Source: a virus
Taxonomy: Duplodnaviria; Caudoviricetes
Virus record (IMG/VR): IMGVR_UViG_3300042934_001015
Location: 1 to 52,696 of that record
DNA length: 52,696 nucleotides
Direction: 5' to 3' (one strand)
Below, piece by piece: positions 16,906 through 27,257 of this stretch (positions are counted from its first letter, which is position 1; every line of letters begins with the position of its first letter). The translations under genes and the position numbers were made by a program. The notes under the pieces were generated by a model. It ran no database searches. It saw only the letters and a program-made list of their open reading frames with translations, and was not told the origin of the DNA.

Positions 16906-19896
16906 CTAAAACCGCCCTCCTTTAAATATTTGTGCCTCAGTTACATGAGGTTCGACAATTCGGCCAACCTCACGGTCATCCATGATAATTATTGCGTTCT
17001 GCCCATTCTTAATTTCTTGTTTTATTTCCTCAAGTAATCTATTAATCTCAGAATCACTTGACTTATGATTGTTACTTTGAGGAATTCCTGCGTCAATCAT
17101 CCGCATTAAGTTTGCTTGCTGTGCCTCCGTGAGGACCATTTCATTACGTAGTAATCTAACATCTATTTCGTTGTGAGAAGGATGTTTATCAAACTGTGAA
17201 GCTAACCCTCCCGTGTGTAACATCGGCATTTGTCTACGACCGACAATACCACCCGTATGATAATCTAGGTCAGGCATACGTTTTAAAGACTCCCCAGCTA
17301 CTTGACGGATAATAATGTCCTTATAAACTGATTTGCCTAATGCATCGTTCATCGTACCTGCTGCATTAGTGATTTCCTCGACTCTCGTTCTGGCTGTCTC
17401 TAGTTTGCCGATTTGTTCATTAATCAATCGAACAGATTCTTGGTATTCTGCTTTATTTTTTTGTGCAACAGGTGTTGTTTCTGCGAGTTTCTTTTTCTTT
17501 TCCTCGAGCTTTGCTATTTCTGTATTTATAGTTTCAAGTTCTTTTCCTGCCTCTGATGTAATACCTGCCTGAGCTAAAACTATTTGAGACATTTTGATTC
17601 GAATTTCTTCTAACCCTTTAAGTTTTTCCCGTGTTTTTTCGAGATCTTCCTGTGACTTCAGTATGGATTCAGCTTGCGTCTCTAGATCTTCCTGAGCGGT
17701 TGCTAATTCACCTTTGGAAAGATTCAGGGAGATGTTCTGCTGATTTATATCTTCTTGCGTGTACTTTGATCTATCTGCGTACATTTCATTAAGAAGTTTT
17801 TCTGCATCAATTACCTTCTGCTGCCACTCATCCCTTTTTGCTTTCAGTTCATTTAAATTTTTTTCACCAGTTTGCATTTCATTTATCAAGGCTTTTTCTT
17901 CTTTTAACAAATCCTTATATTGAGTTTCAGTTTTAATTTTTTCTAAGCTTAATTGATCAAATAAACCTTTCAATTGTTCGTTATTATAGTCCTTCAAATA
18001 GTTTGTATTATCAAGAATTGCATTCCCTTGATCTGTAATCTTTTTCGTAGCCTCTGGAACAGTTTCAATTAGATTATTATTCAAACCAACCATTTCCAGT
18101 AGTTCGTCGTTTGAAACCCCAGACTCCTTCGCAAGTTTAGCTTGTTCGTCCTTTAACTTTGCAATAAGGTCTGGATCCGCTGTTTTTGAAAGTTCCGAAT
18201 TGATATCTACAAAACGACCAAATTGTTCGGTCGTTAATTTTGACTTATGTTGTAACTCATCAAACCTTTTAATATTCGCGTCTAAGGATTCCACTTCTTT
18301 AAATTGAGTTTCAATATTTGCAAGCATGGATTCGTTGAGTTCTCGATTGTTAACGACTGCAGCTGCAATTACACCACCTAACAAAGAAATTCCTGTAATT
18401 AACCACCCAGCAGGTCCCATAGTCACCATCAAGGCCTTAGCAGCTATTACCAATCTGCCGACGGTTGATATCACTAAAGCTAGACCAGATGCAGTTCCAG
18501 CGAAAGCAACACCCGTTTTTACAGCGGACACGTCCATCTCGCTTATAGCCCCTACAACTTCGGCCCCTTTTCTGGTGATGTCGGTTAAAAGTGGGAGAAA
18601 TTCATTTCCGACTTTTATCCCAATCGTTTCAAAACCTCCTGTTAATTCATCAACAGCACCTTTTAGATTATCTTTCATAATGACAGCTGCTTCTATCGAG
18701 GCTCCAGTAGAAGTTTCCAATGAAGTTGTAAACTCATTTAACTGATCTACTCCACCCGCCATAACGGCCAACATTCCTGATGATGCCTCCGTACCTACTA
18801 GTTTTGCGACAGTAGCAACTTTCTCTGCCTGCGTCATACCCTTTGTGGCTTCTGTTAAATCACCAAACATTTGAGAAAGACTTTTGGCGTTTCCTGTGCT
18901 ATCCTTCAGGGAAAAACCAAGCTCTTTCATTATTTTTTCTTGTTCTTTAGCTGGGTTATTTAATGCGAGCAAAGCCGCTCGTAACGCGGTACCAGCACTA
19001 GAACCATCTAAGCCACTATTCGTCATAATACCGATAGCAGCTGATACTTCCTCGATACTCAATCCTAATGAGTTTGCTACCGGCCCAACATATTTAAAGG
19101 CATAACCCATGTCATCTACACTTGCAGCTGAAATATTCGCTGTTGTAGCTAAGATATCTGCCACACGAGATGCCTCCGTAGCCTCCAATCCAAATCCATT
19201 AAGAGCAGATGCAACTACTTCAGCAGTTAATGCTAAGTCACTACCAGAAGCTTCAGCTGCAGCAATTACCCCTGGCATTGCTTCAATAATTTGAGTGGCA
19301 TTGAAACCCTTTGCCGCCATATCCTCAAATGCGATTGCAACTTCACTTGCGGATTTGCTTGTAGAAGCTCCTAATTCAAGGGCAGAATCTATTAGGTTTT
19401 GGAATTCTCCATCTGTTGCCCCAGATATTGCTTTAACACGAGTCATCTGAGCTTCAAAATCAGCGGCCGTTTTTACACTAATTCCTACACCTGCAAGAAT
19501 GGCACCTCCAATTGCTAATGAAGCCGTTTGAATGGATTGAAGCATCTCTTCAATACTTGCTGCTGCGTTGCCAGCTCCTGCTTCTGCTGCTGGTCCCAGT
19601 TCCGCAACGGCGCCTCCTAATTCTGCAACAGCCGCAACTGATTCAGCAGAGGTATCTCGTACTCCGCCCATTTGAGACGCTAACTCGCTTGCTAATTCAG
19701 ATGTTGGTATAATCCCTTCTTCAGCTGCTTGTCTCATTCTAGAAGTTGTAGTCTGCAAGCCCTGCATAGCTGTGTTTGTGGCTTTGGTAGATGAGGTGGT
19801 ATTTAACAATTCCGTTCTAGTTCGTTGCATACCCTGACTAAAATTTTGAGCTTCCATCGTTAACCTGGCTTTCAACTCACCAATATCTGTTGTCAT
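16906..19896 (-). CDS. tmp: Tape measure protein (TP901 family)
   Basis: AADFEAQMTRVKAISGA, GSSAGTALR, hydrophobic mid-region, coiled coil. Confidence 0.95.
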   Translation of the reverse strand: MTTDIGELKARLTMEAQNFSQGMQRTRTELLNTTSSTKATNTAMQGLQTTTSRMRQAAEEGIIPTSELASELASQMGGVRDTSAESVAAVAELGGAVAELGPAAEAGAGNAAASIEEMLQSIQTASLAIGGAILAGVGISVKTAADFEAQMTRVKAISGATDGEFQNLIDSALELGASTSKSASEVAIAFEDMAAKGFNATQIIEAMPGVIAAAEASGSDLALTAEVVASALNGFGLEATEASRVADILATTANISAASVDDMGYAFKYVGPVANSLGLSIEEVSAAIGIMTNSGLDGSSAGTALRAALLALNNPAKEQEKIMKELGFSLKDSTGNAKSLSQMFGDLTEATKGMTQAEKVATVAKLVGTEASSGMLAVMAGGVDQLNEFTTSLETSTGASIEAAVIMKDNLKGAVDELTGGFETIGIKVGNEFLPLLTDITRKGAEVVGAISEMDVSAVKTGVAFAGTASGLALVISTVGRLVIAAKALMVTMGPAGWLITGISLLGGVIAAAVVNNRELNESMLANIETQFKEVESLDANIKRFDELQHKSKLTTEQFGRFVDINSELSKTADPDLIAKLKDEQAKLAKESGVSNDELLEMVGLNNNLIETVPEATKKITDQGNAILDNTNYLKDYNNEQLKGLFDQLSLEKIKTETQYKDLLKEEKALINEMQTGEKNLNELKAKRDEWQQKVIDAEKLLNEMYADRSKYTQEDINQQNISLNLSKGELATAQEDLETQAESILKSQEDLEKTREKLKGLEEIRIKMSQIVLAQAGITSEAGKELETINTEIAKLEEKKKKLAETTPVAQKNKAEYQESVRLINEQIGKLETARTRVEEITNAAGTMNDALGKSVYKDIIIRQVAGESLKRMPDLDYHTGGIVGRRQMPMLHTGGLASQFDKHPSHNEIDVRLLRNEMVLTEAQQANLMRMIDAGIPQSNNHKSSDSEINRLLEEIKQEIKNGQNAIIIMDDREVGRIVEPHVTEAQIFKGGRF

Positions 19897-19910
19897 CTTG
19901 TACCTCCTCT

Positions 19911-20276
19911 CTACTTAGCTTTGTTTACTCCCATATTTGTCATAAAGCGCAGCTCTTCCATCTTGTCACGGTTAAATGAAATCCCTGGAGAGCTCTTTAT
20001 GTTTCGTGTTAAATCATTCATAAACTTCTCATGCTCATCTTCCTTAAGCATTCGATAATTTGTAGCAAGGTGAATTAAAATTTGTTCAAGGATTTTTTCA
20101 TTCTTTTCCTTGGCCTTTTGTTCGAGCATTCTAGGCAAATCCTTAAAGTAGTACTTAGTTTCTAAATCTCTAGGTGCAACATTAAGGATTAGGGATGCTT
20201 TATAAATAAACTCTTCAAATGGAATTTTGCCTTCTACTCCTTGATTTTGTTGGGCAGAAGGCTTTTGAGGTTTTTT
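19911..20276 (-). CDS. Tail assembly chaperone, -1 frameshift extension (gpT-like)
   Basis: Slippery A AAA AAC at 20276-20270; the -1 frame is open continuously into the 19911-20138 ORF. Confidence 0.8.
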   Translation of the reverse strand, partial: KKPQKPSAQQNQGVEGKIPFEEFIYKASLILNVAPRDLETKYYFKDLPRMLEQKAKEKNEKILEQILIHLATNYRMLKEDEHEKFMNDLTRNIKSSPGISFNRDKMEELRFMTNMGVNKAK

Positions 20277-20617
20277 CCTATTTCGTCCAACTTGTTTCTT
20301 TTTACGGTACGAGTAATAAATTCAATGATTTCATGTAACGCCACATTTTTTCTGATGTATTCAACATCTATATCACTTAGCAATGAGACCATTTCTGTCA
20401 CTTCATCCAAGGCCAATTGGCAAGCGGACACCACTACCGTATAAAAATCTTCTTTAGGAGCAAGGAGCACTTGCACGATAAGACCTGGAAGCATATCTAC
20501 TTTTTCGAACAATCTCTTCCATCGATCTGGAGTTAATTTTGGTATCTCAACCTTTTTCTCATGCAGAATCATTTGATTTTCATTGGCTAAAAGAGAGTTC
20601 TTTAATTTATTTAACAT
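20234..20617 (-). CDS. Tail assembly chaperone (gpG-like)
   Basis: Between the major tail and TMP genes; GGAGG RBS; ends GKNLKSLL. Confidence 0.8.
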   Translation of the reverse strand: MLNKLKNSLLANENQMILHEKKVEIPKLTPDRWKRLFEKVDMLPGLIVQVLLAPKEDFYTVVVSACQLALDEVTEMVSLLSDIDVEYIRKNVALHEIIEFITRTVKRNKLDEIGKNLKSLLPNKIKE

Positions 20618-20668
20618 GGGAAACCTCCAAATAAATAGAGAGTGCAACAGCACTCTCTTTACGTATTG

Positions 20669-21217
20669 TTATGCAGGTATTACTACCGCTTCATCACCTA
20701 AGAAATACATTAGTCCGTCTTTATCTGGGTATCCTACAAACGTAATATTACAGACTCGCTCATTATCAGCATTGTATGTCCACTGTACTTCTGGCAGAGG
20801 ACTTCCATACGGAATGGTGATATAGTCATTCGCTGTTGTCCCCTCAGATGTTGGTTTAACTACAACTTTTTCTGCATTCTTTAAGAGGTCATACCCTGCT
20901 TTTGCATAAACATTCAGGCGTTTTTTTACGTTATCGGGGTTCGTTGCATCCTCCATGTACGCGCTACCTGGTGTTACAGCATGTAGCTTTTTCAAATCAT
21001 GTAATGCAAACGGCACAACTAACTGGCAAGTTCCACCCTTTAAAATGGATTTAACGGGTGTATCACCGAATTGATCGACTGTGATGTCTTGCTTTGTAAA
21101 GTTGGCAGTGAAGACGATACCGCCCTTGGTAATATCAAAAATTGTCGGGGTTGTGTCACCGAACTCTACTTTTGCGGGACCGATTGGAACATCAATAATT
21201 TGTTTTTCTCCTGCCAT
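20669..21217 (-). CDS. Major tail tube protein
   Basis: IGPAKVEFG...TKGG...VDQFGDTP; position in the tail module. Confidence 0.8.
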   Translation of the reverse strand: MAGEKQIIDVPIGPAKVEFGDTTPTIFDITKGGIVFTANFTKQDITVDQFGDTPVKSILKGGTCQLVVPFALHDLKKLHAVTPGSAYMEDATNPDNVKKRLNVYAKAGYDLLKNAEKVVVKPTSEGTTANDYITIPYGSPLPEVQWTYNADNERVCNITFVGYPDKDGLMYFLGDEAVVIPA

Positions 21218-21235
21218 GAATATCCGACTCCTTTT

Positions 21236-21637
21236 CTAATATGGTTGTAGTTTGAAACGAAAATTTGTTGAAAAGACTGGTCTATCAAATGGATCCAATC
21301 CAATGGGAATGGGGTTGTTTTGCATCGCTTTACTGTGATAGACAAGATTATTGCCAATTTCATAGCGAATCTTCTTATCTATCAATCTAATCAGAGATTT
21401 TGCCAACTGCTCCGATTTATCCATTTGGGTAATATCAGATTTATAGCTTTTCCCTTTGATGACAACCTGGAATGTTGGAAATTCAATCGGAAGATCATCA
21501 TCTGATTCACTCCCCCCTGTACCAAAAACAAAAAGAGCCGGCAACTGCGACTCCTCTAAATCAGGCATAAAATTGGGGTCAGGGAAAACATTAAACCCTT
21601 GTGTAATCAAATAATCAATTAATTCCTTTGCTCGCAT
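21236..21637 (-). CDS. Tail terminator / minor structural protein
   Basis: PTFQVVIKG...IGLD..DRPVFSTNF; position. Confidence 0.7.
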   Translation of the reverse strand: MRAKELIDYLITQGFNVFPDPNFMPDLEESQLPALFVFGTGGSESDDDLPIEFPTFQVVIKGKSYKSDITQMDKSEQLAKSLIRLIDKKIRYEIGNNLVYHSKAMQNNPIPIGLDPFDRPVFSTNFRFKLQPY

Positions 21638-21647
21638 AAATTATCAC

Positions 21648-22097
21648 CTAAAATCGAAGAGCCCCAGTAAGTTCTTGGATAATGAGCCTCTCGTTAATTT
21701 TAATCGCATTTTCCAAGTATTTTTTACCAGGCAGGTATCCTTTATGTGGCGCTTTGCTTGCTGTTTTTTCGCCTGGAGACATGTAAACAACTCTACCCGA
21801 TGATGTTCTTCGAAACCCCTCATGCTGAACTACTGCATAATCATCAACCTCAGGGCTGGTCCCAAAATCGATATATATGCGTTGAAGAGCTTTTTTTACA
21901 TCACCTACCACTAATGCTGCTTCTAAATCGCCAGAGTCTAAACCAGCTAATTTCTTAGCATCTTCAATCACTTTCTCAGCTAACTTGGTAAGCGTATCCT
22001 CTACCTTTTGTAGAGTTTGTTGTTCCATCTTATCTAAAGTTTGGATCATTGCTTCCAAGCCTTCAATATGAAAGCTAGTACCGTTATTACTAGGCAT
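21648..22097 (-). CDS. HK97 gp10-like tail-completion protein
   Basis: IEGLEAM, DSGDL, YAVVQHEG, GKKYLE. Confidence 0.8.
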   Translation of the reverse strand: MPSNNGTSFHIEGLEAMIQTLDKMEQQTLQKVEDTLTKLAEKVIEDAKKLAGLDSGDLEAALVVGDVKKALQRIYIDFGTSPEVDDYAVVQHEGFRRTSSGRVVYMSPGEKTASKAPHKGYLPGKKYLENAIKINERLIIQELTGALRF

Positions 22098-22407
22098 AAA
22101 TAATCACCTTACTCACATTGTCCGTGCCCATTTGTTTTTTTGTTTCAATATGACGGATATCAAATCGCATTTTCACACCGAATCCGTTTATATACTCAAA
22201 ATAATCATGAGGACCTATTCGTTGTGTGCCTTCTATGTGGATTTCGGCAATAGAGTGAATCTCTTCGCCCGTACCATTTTTTATTAGCTTTTGTTCCTCA
22301 ACCACTTTGGCCATTTTTTGCAAAGGAGAATAACCAGTCACACGGTTCCAGGAATCCAACTGAGCCTGATATTGAACGATGGTGGCAGGATACCCGAATA
22401 AACTCAT
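22090..22407 (-). CDS. Head closure protein (putative)
   Basis: Position and size; KLIKNGTGEEIHS. Confidence 0.6.
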   Translation of the reverse strand: MSLFGYPATIVQYQAQLDSWNRVTGYSPLQKMAKVVEEQKLIKNGTGEEIHSIAEIHIEGTQRIGPHDYFEYINGFGVKMRFDIRHIETKKQMGTDNVSKVIIYA

Positions 22408-22778
22408 ATGAGCCTTCCACTCTCTAGAATAACAATTTCATCGTTACTATTATTCTCTTTCTCATATGAAGGGGTGCCCAGTATCTCACGGACTTCGGGG
22501 GCTACCTTATCTCGTGTTACATAATCAATTCGATCTGATCCTTCACTAATAGCCTTGATACCTTGCTTTTGATATTTAAGTACTGGATCTAAACCTTGCA
22601 ATTCCCAAATAACCTGATAAGCGACCATTTCATCTGTGAGAACAGTTTCAGGGTACCATCTAGTTAAATTACGTGACGCTTGGATAACAGCTAAGTCTTG
22701 CTTTTGGGACCTCTCCCATATTTCTGAATCAAGCATATTGTCTAATATCCAGCTATCTACTGTGTCTATGGTAGGCAT
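22404..22778 (-). CDS. Head-tail adaptor (putative)
   Basis: Position; QGIKAISEG...IDY motif. Confidence 0.6.
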   Translation of the reverse strand: MPTIDTVDSWILDNMLDSEIWERSQKQDLAVIQASRNLTRWYPETVLTDEMVAYQVIWELQGLDPVLKYQKQGIKAISEGSDRIDYVTRDKVAPEVREILGTPSYEKENNSNDEIVILESGRLI

Positions 22779-22788
22779 TATTCATCAC

Positions 22789-22938
22789 CTATTCTTCCTT
22801 GTCTTCTTTCTTGTCTTCTTTGACAGCTCCTAGGTCGGCTAGACGTTCAGCATCTTCTTTGTTTATTTTTTTTAAGGTGTCTCCAGGCGAATACCAATGG
22901 CCATTATGTTTAACATTAGTCAAGGCTTTATATGCCAA
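22789..22938 (-). CDS. Small head-associated protein
   Basis: YKALTNVKHNGHWYSPGD...AERLADLGAV, typical of the gene after the capsid; TTG start after AAGGA. Confidence 0.6.
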   Translation of the reverse strand: MAYKALTNVKHNGHWYSPGDTLKKINKEDAERLADLGAVKEDKKEDKEE

Positions 22939-22993
22939 CTTAATCATCCTTTCAAATGGTTTTAGGGCATCAGCAGAAGCTGACACCCCTTAA

Positions 22994-24064
22994 TTAAATG
23001 ACGCTTGCTGAAACTACAGAATCATTTAGACCAAACGCTGGGAACGCTAGGTTTACCCCAATTGTTTCCACCCGGATTGGATGTTCGTTAATTTTACGGA
23101 AAACATAGATTCCATTCGAATCTGTTTTTTCTGCCTGAATATCAGACATCATTTCCTCCGTTGTTTCAGCCCATAGATAATGACCAAGTGGTCCATCTGG
23201 CAGCATAACAAATCGATTTTGTGGAGCCATTCGGACGTTGCTAAATGCTAGCTTCCCATTTGTCAGCGCCTTATTTTCAACTCGTGCCTGAGTATCGTAG
23301 GCAACAATCTTCGGTAGACCTTGTGAGGTAAACAATGCATCTAGTTGAGTTTTGTTTAATTGTGGCGGATTGGCTGCACCAGATGGATCTCCATGGTAGG
23401 CAATCCTTACGTTTTTATTTTGCAATAGATAAGAGATAACCTGGCGAGAAGCTAGAGCCCGACTTAAGTTGATACCTTTATCTCCAAATGTATTTACCCA
23501 TTGCATAATATCATCAAGTGGGTTGGAGTTTGCAGTATCGCTCCATAAATCGGTGCCGCTTAGAGCTGGTTTTTGGTCACTTCCATAACTAAAGTCAACA
23601 TCAAGCTGCACTCCACCTTCTGAGTAAGTAACCTTACCTGTAGTAACGGCTTGCATGGCAATCCATTCTTTACGAGCTTTAATTGCGTCGATAGCATAGT
23701 CTGCATCATTCAACTGGGTACGACGGATTTCAGCATATTCATTATTACGGAGGGAACCTTGAAGCAACAAACGCACTAACTTCTCATCCATTGCACGCCC
23801 ACGTTGGATTTTTGGAATTTCAATTCGTTGACCAGTCATTCCTTCACGGCCACCGTATTCCACTTGAGTTCCAAGTTCCGCAATTTGCGCCATAACCGGT
23901 AAACGAGACCCTTCACGAACAACATCTACAGTTAATTCAGATGTTTCACGAGCAGGAAATAGTAAATCGTGTAAATATGTGTTAGGTGTGGCTAGGTTAC
24001 GTGCATATACTAGAAGTTCATCATTCGAAAGAGCTTGTTCAAGCCCTAATAGTTCTACTGGCAT
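22994..24064 (-). CDS. Major capsid protein (lambda gpE-like family)
   Basis: LLFP, ARKEWIAMQAVTTGK, VDF, LWSD..SNPLDDI. Confidence 0.9.
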   Translation of the reverse strand: MPVELLGLEQALSNDELLVYARNLATPNTYLHDLLFPARETSELTVDVVREGSRLPVMAQIAELGTQVEYGGREGMTGQRIEIPKIQRGRAMDEKLVRLLLQGSLRNNEYAEIRRTQLNDADYAIDAIKARKEWIAMQAVTTGKVTYSEGGVQLDVDFSYGSDQKPALSGTDLWSDTANSNPLDDIMQWVNTFGDKGINLSRALASRQVISYLLQNKNVRIAYHGDPSGAANPPQLNKTQLDALFTSQGLPKIVAYDTQARVENKALTNGKLAFSNVRMAPQNRFVMLPDGPLGHYLWAETTEEMMSDIQAEKTDSNGIYVFRKINEHPIRVETIGVNLAFPAFGLNDSVVSASVI

Positions 24065-24125
24065 TTAGATCATCCTTTCAATTTTGGTTAATATAAAAAA
24101 GCTACATCCTGTAGGACATAGCTTT

Positions 24126-24500
24126 TTAAGCAAAAACAATATTCGGCATTTTACCTTTTAGAGCCGCATCCACTGCTACCGGGATTCGTTCTGTAATGAC
24201 TTTTGCCATTTCATAGCCACCAACAACATGATCGCCGTCTGTTACATCTACAGTGTGCTTAAGGATAACTGTAGGGTTTTGTCGGCCATCAGCAGCACCA
24301 GCTGAATATGGTCCATACTTGCCGTTTGCAAGCTTTCCTAATGGCATTCCTTTTAGTAGAATTTTCTTACCAGCCCCATCGGCTGTGACAGTTGTAGAAT
24401 CGATGGTAACACCGTTAACTACTTCTCGGATTGCCTCATAACTTGCAAGAATTTCACATTCCCCTTGCACTTCAAACTTTTGAGTTGGTTGTAAACGCAT
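24126..24500 (-). CDS. Head decoration protein
   Basis: LLKGMPLGK...YGPY...ADGRQNP..IL; between scaffold and capsid genes. Confidence 0.75.
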   Translation of the reverse strand: MRLQPTQKFEVQGECEILASYEAIREVVNGVTIDSTTVTADGAGKKILLKGMPLGKLANGKYGPYSAGAADGRQNPTVILKHTVDVTDGDHVVGGYEMAKVITERIPVAVDAALKGKMPNIVFA

Positions 24501-24520
24501 GAATCATTCCTCCTTTATAA

Positions 24521-25240
24521 TTAAGCCCACGGATTATACGTGGTAGTGGACTGTTGAGCTCCTCGACTTGCAGCTAGCTTCTTGATATTTTCCAACGTTT
24601 CCTTCTTTTGTTGTTGGTTATTTGAAGGGATTTCCGCTCCAAAACGACCACCTTGCTGTGTCTTTAACAAGTGAGGCTTCTTCTTAGAGAGTGCTTCTAG
24701 AGCCTCTTTGACACCGACAATATTTCCTTTGTCATCCTCTTTAACTTGGGATAGATCGGATAGAGCAAGAGCGTCTTCCCAATCTGCAAAGCCTAACTCA
24801 GCTGCGAGCAGTTTCACTTCTGAATTCACTAAGCGTTTGAACGTCTTATCTCGTTCTTCCTTCAGCTTCGCTTCAACCACAGCATCAACATTAATAGGTT
24901 CAGCTGGTGGTGTTGCAGGCGGTTTGTTTTTGTTAAAATCCTTTGTCATTGCTTCTACAGAATCAAACCCTAGCTGTTTAGCTAGCTCTACTTGCGCTTC
25001 TTTTGTAGCCTTTGCCACACCGTCCTGAATCAATTTATCGACATCACTCTGGCTAAAAATCTTATCTTTAGGCGGTTCAGGTGGCGCTGGTGGAGCGGGA
25101 GGTGCAGGTGGCGGATCTGCAAACAATTGCAGGTCCAATGGTAAAAGTGGTTTAAATGGTTTTGGCTTTACTTCTGCTGGTGCTTCCTTTGCAAAGAGCA
25201 ACCAAATCGATGCAAGGAACGTTCTCAAATATTTCAACAT
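24521..25240 (-). CDS. Capsid scaffolding protein
   Basis: LDLQLFA, Pro-rich linker, FSQSDVD, KKKPHL. Confidence 0.85.
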   Translation of the reverse strand: MLKYLRTFLASIWLLFAKEAPAEVKPKPFKPLLPLDLQLFADPPPAPPAPPAPPEPPKDKIFSQSDVDKLIQDGVAKATKEAQVELAKQLGFDSVEAMTKDFNKNKPPATPPAEPINVDAVVEAKLKEERDKTFKRLVNSEVKLLAAELGFADWEDALALSDLSQVKEDDKGNIVGVKEALEALSKKKPHLLKTQQGGRFGAEIPSNNQQQKKETLENIKKLAASRGAQQSTTTYNPWA

Positions 25241-25328
25241 CTTTTTCCCTCCCATAGTTGATTATGTGCTGTTCTTTAATGCCTGCAGCAAAAAAAGGCA
25301 AAATAAAAAGCACTTAATGAAGTGCTTT

Positions 25329-25814
25329 TTAAGCAATTTCCTCTAAATTCTTTTCCCCATTTAAATACTGAATAAGCTTTACTATCATAAGTGCTTCACC
25401 GCTTTCGATCCCAACATTTTGGATTGCAGTTTCGAGGTCTGGACATTTATTGACCTTAGCTGCCTTTTCTTTTTCGATAGCTTCTACAAGTTGTTTATTG
25501 TTCTTAGCAAGGATGTTTAGCAAATCCTTTTCCTTTAATGCTGGTTCCGCGGTAATCGGTTCAGCCATTCTAAGCTCCTTCGGATTAACAAAATCCACAT
25601 AATACTCCTGGCCAACTTCGAATTGAGCAGCTGCTTTAGAATTTACAATTCCTAATTCAAGTTTGCCAGTTGGTGTATAAGTGAAAAACTTTTTATTTTC
25701 CTCCGAATTACCTGTTACCGGCACAAATGCTAATTTTGAAGTTTTGCCCTCAGCTGAGTAACCTGCTTCACCTTTTTCGATACATAGAAATTTTGCTCTT
25801 ACGCTCATTTTCAA
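25329..25814 (-). CDS. Hypothetical phage protein
   Basis: VRAKF...EENKKFFTYTPTG...FEVGQEYYVDF domain plus helical C-terminus; own terminator. Confidence 0.7.
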   Translation of the reverse strand: MKMSVRAKFLCIEKGEAGYSAEGKTSKLAFVPVTGNSEENKKFFTYTPTGKLELGIVNSKAAAQFEVGQEYYVDFVNPKELRMAEPITAEPALKEKDLLNILAKNNKQLVEAIEKEKAAKVNKCPDLETAIQNVGIESGEALMIVKLIQYLNGEKNLEEIA

Positions 25815-25832
25815 TTCCTCTAATAAAATAAT

Positions 25833-26891
25833 TTATTTTATACTTCTGTTCTTAATCTCTAAACCCATCTTACGGAAGTCTTCCATCCATTCCTGGTACC
25901 TCTTAGTGTTTCGAGCCTTATGGCTAGCAAAGGTCTTTAGATCTGGTAAATCAGGCATTCGTGACTTATAACGGATCCATTGCTTTCTGGTTTCATTTTT
26001 CCGGGATTTTTCCTTCTGGATTTCTTCGTACTTCTTTACATTCGCTTCTGATCGACTATCTATAAAAGGCTTATTTGAATCTATAATTGCCGTTTTAATA
26101 TCCAAGTCATCTTGATATTCCTCCACCCATGCAGAAGCACTATGGACACAATGCCCGTGATAAGGCGGTCGTTTCTCCAATCTAGGAAACCGTTTATCAT
26201 CACCGCTAATACTGTAGACTCGACCCTGATATTTAGCGCATTGGTCACAAGTGATGCCTACCTTGTTGATATAAACCAAGTCGCTCTTATTTTCAATCAG
26301 ACGGTTTACAACACCCTCAACATGCGCTTTGCGTTGATGGTATTGAATCACATTGGCCATATACTTTTCAGCAGGGATTCTTGCTCCATTTTTAGCAACC
26401 ATGCCGGTAATGCCTCTGTCATTAAGCTCCACTATTGCGTCCTTTGTAGCTTGTCTACGTGAAATACCTTCAATTAAAGAACGTCGATTGGCACGAAATA
26501 TAGCCTCTTCAATGCGATCTTTTGCGTCCTCTGTCATATGCTCACTAGCTTCAAGGATACGATAAAAGGTTTCTTCCACCAGCTCTTGCACCGCCCTAAC
26601 ATGAATCACAGTTTTAAGAGTAGGCTCAATAATTTCCTTGGCTACTCCCTGGGCGTTTAGCTGCTGAATAGCTACTTCCGAACCCATTCCATACGATTCC
26701 ACAATAATATCCTTTGAGAGTTGAGCAGAATCATCCGTAAGGTTTGCAATCGCTCCATGAACCTGCCTAAGCAACTGTTCTTTACGTGCTTTTGTTGGAG
26801 AATCTCCAAGCGCTTGGATAAGTCCCATTAAATGATTACTAGCCTCAGAGTATATCTGAATAAGCATTTCTGTTTTATCCATAAAATTCAC
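25833..26891 (-). CDS. Minor capsid / head morphogenesis protein
   Basis: CDQCAKYQGRVYS...PPYHGHCVH motif; follows the portal gene. Confidence 0.85.
   Translation of the reverse strand: MNFMDKTEMLIQIYSEASNHLMGLIQALGDSPTKARKEQLLRQVHGAIANLTDDSAQLSKDIIVESYGMGSEVAIQQLNAQGVAKEIIEPTLKTVIHVRAVQELVEETFYRILEASEHMTEDAKDRIEEAIFRANRRSLIEGISRRQATKDAIVELNDRGITGMVAKNGARIPAEKYMANVIQYHQRKAHVEGVVNRLIENKSDLVYINKVGITCDQCAKYQGRVYSISGDDKRFPRLEKRPPYHGHCVHSASAWVEEYQDDLDIKTAIIDSNKPFIDSRSEANVKKYEEIQKEKSRKNETRKQWIRYKSRMPDLPDLKTFASHKARNTKRYQEWMEDFRKMGLEIKNRSIK
26805..26818. promoter_or_regulatory. Palindrome TCCAAGCGCTTGGA (copy 2)
   Basis: 14-bp perfect palindrome inside the minor capsid gene. Confidence 0.5.
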
Positions 26892-26908
26892 CTAATAAAA
26901 AAGCCACT

Positions 26909-27223
26909 CTAATGAGCGACAATTGAGGATTTTAGAACTGACATTTCGTCTTTAATTATTTTTTCTAGGCTATCAATCTTGGAATGAATTTTAACCTGTT
27001 GTTTTAACGTTTTTGCCACACGTAAATCTCTCCATAACATTTTGATTTCTGCTTGCTTTTTCCTAATGGATTGATTGGTGCAAAATGCAATATACTCTTT
27101 TCCGCAATGCGGACATATAAAGAAGTTCTTTTCAATATAATCCTCTGTAGTTACAGTCTGAGTATCTACCACAAATTCTTGGTAACATTCATCGCAATTA
27201 GCTTTAGGTTTTTGATTCTCCAA
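26909..27223 (-). CDS. Zn-ribbon hypothetical protein
   Basis: CDEC...CPHCG; TTG start after GAGGTG. Confidence 0.7.
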   Translation of the reverse strand: MENQKPKANCDECYQEFVVDTQTVTTEDYIEKNFFICPHCGKEYIAFCTNQSIRKKQAEIKMLWRDLRVAKTLKQQVKIHSKIDSLEKIIKDEMSVLKSSIVAH

Positions 27224-27257
27224 CTTAATCACCTCTTTATACCAGTATAAAACAATA

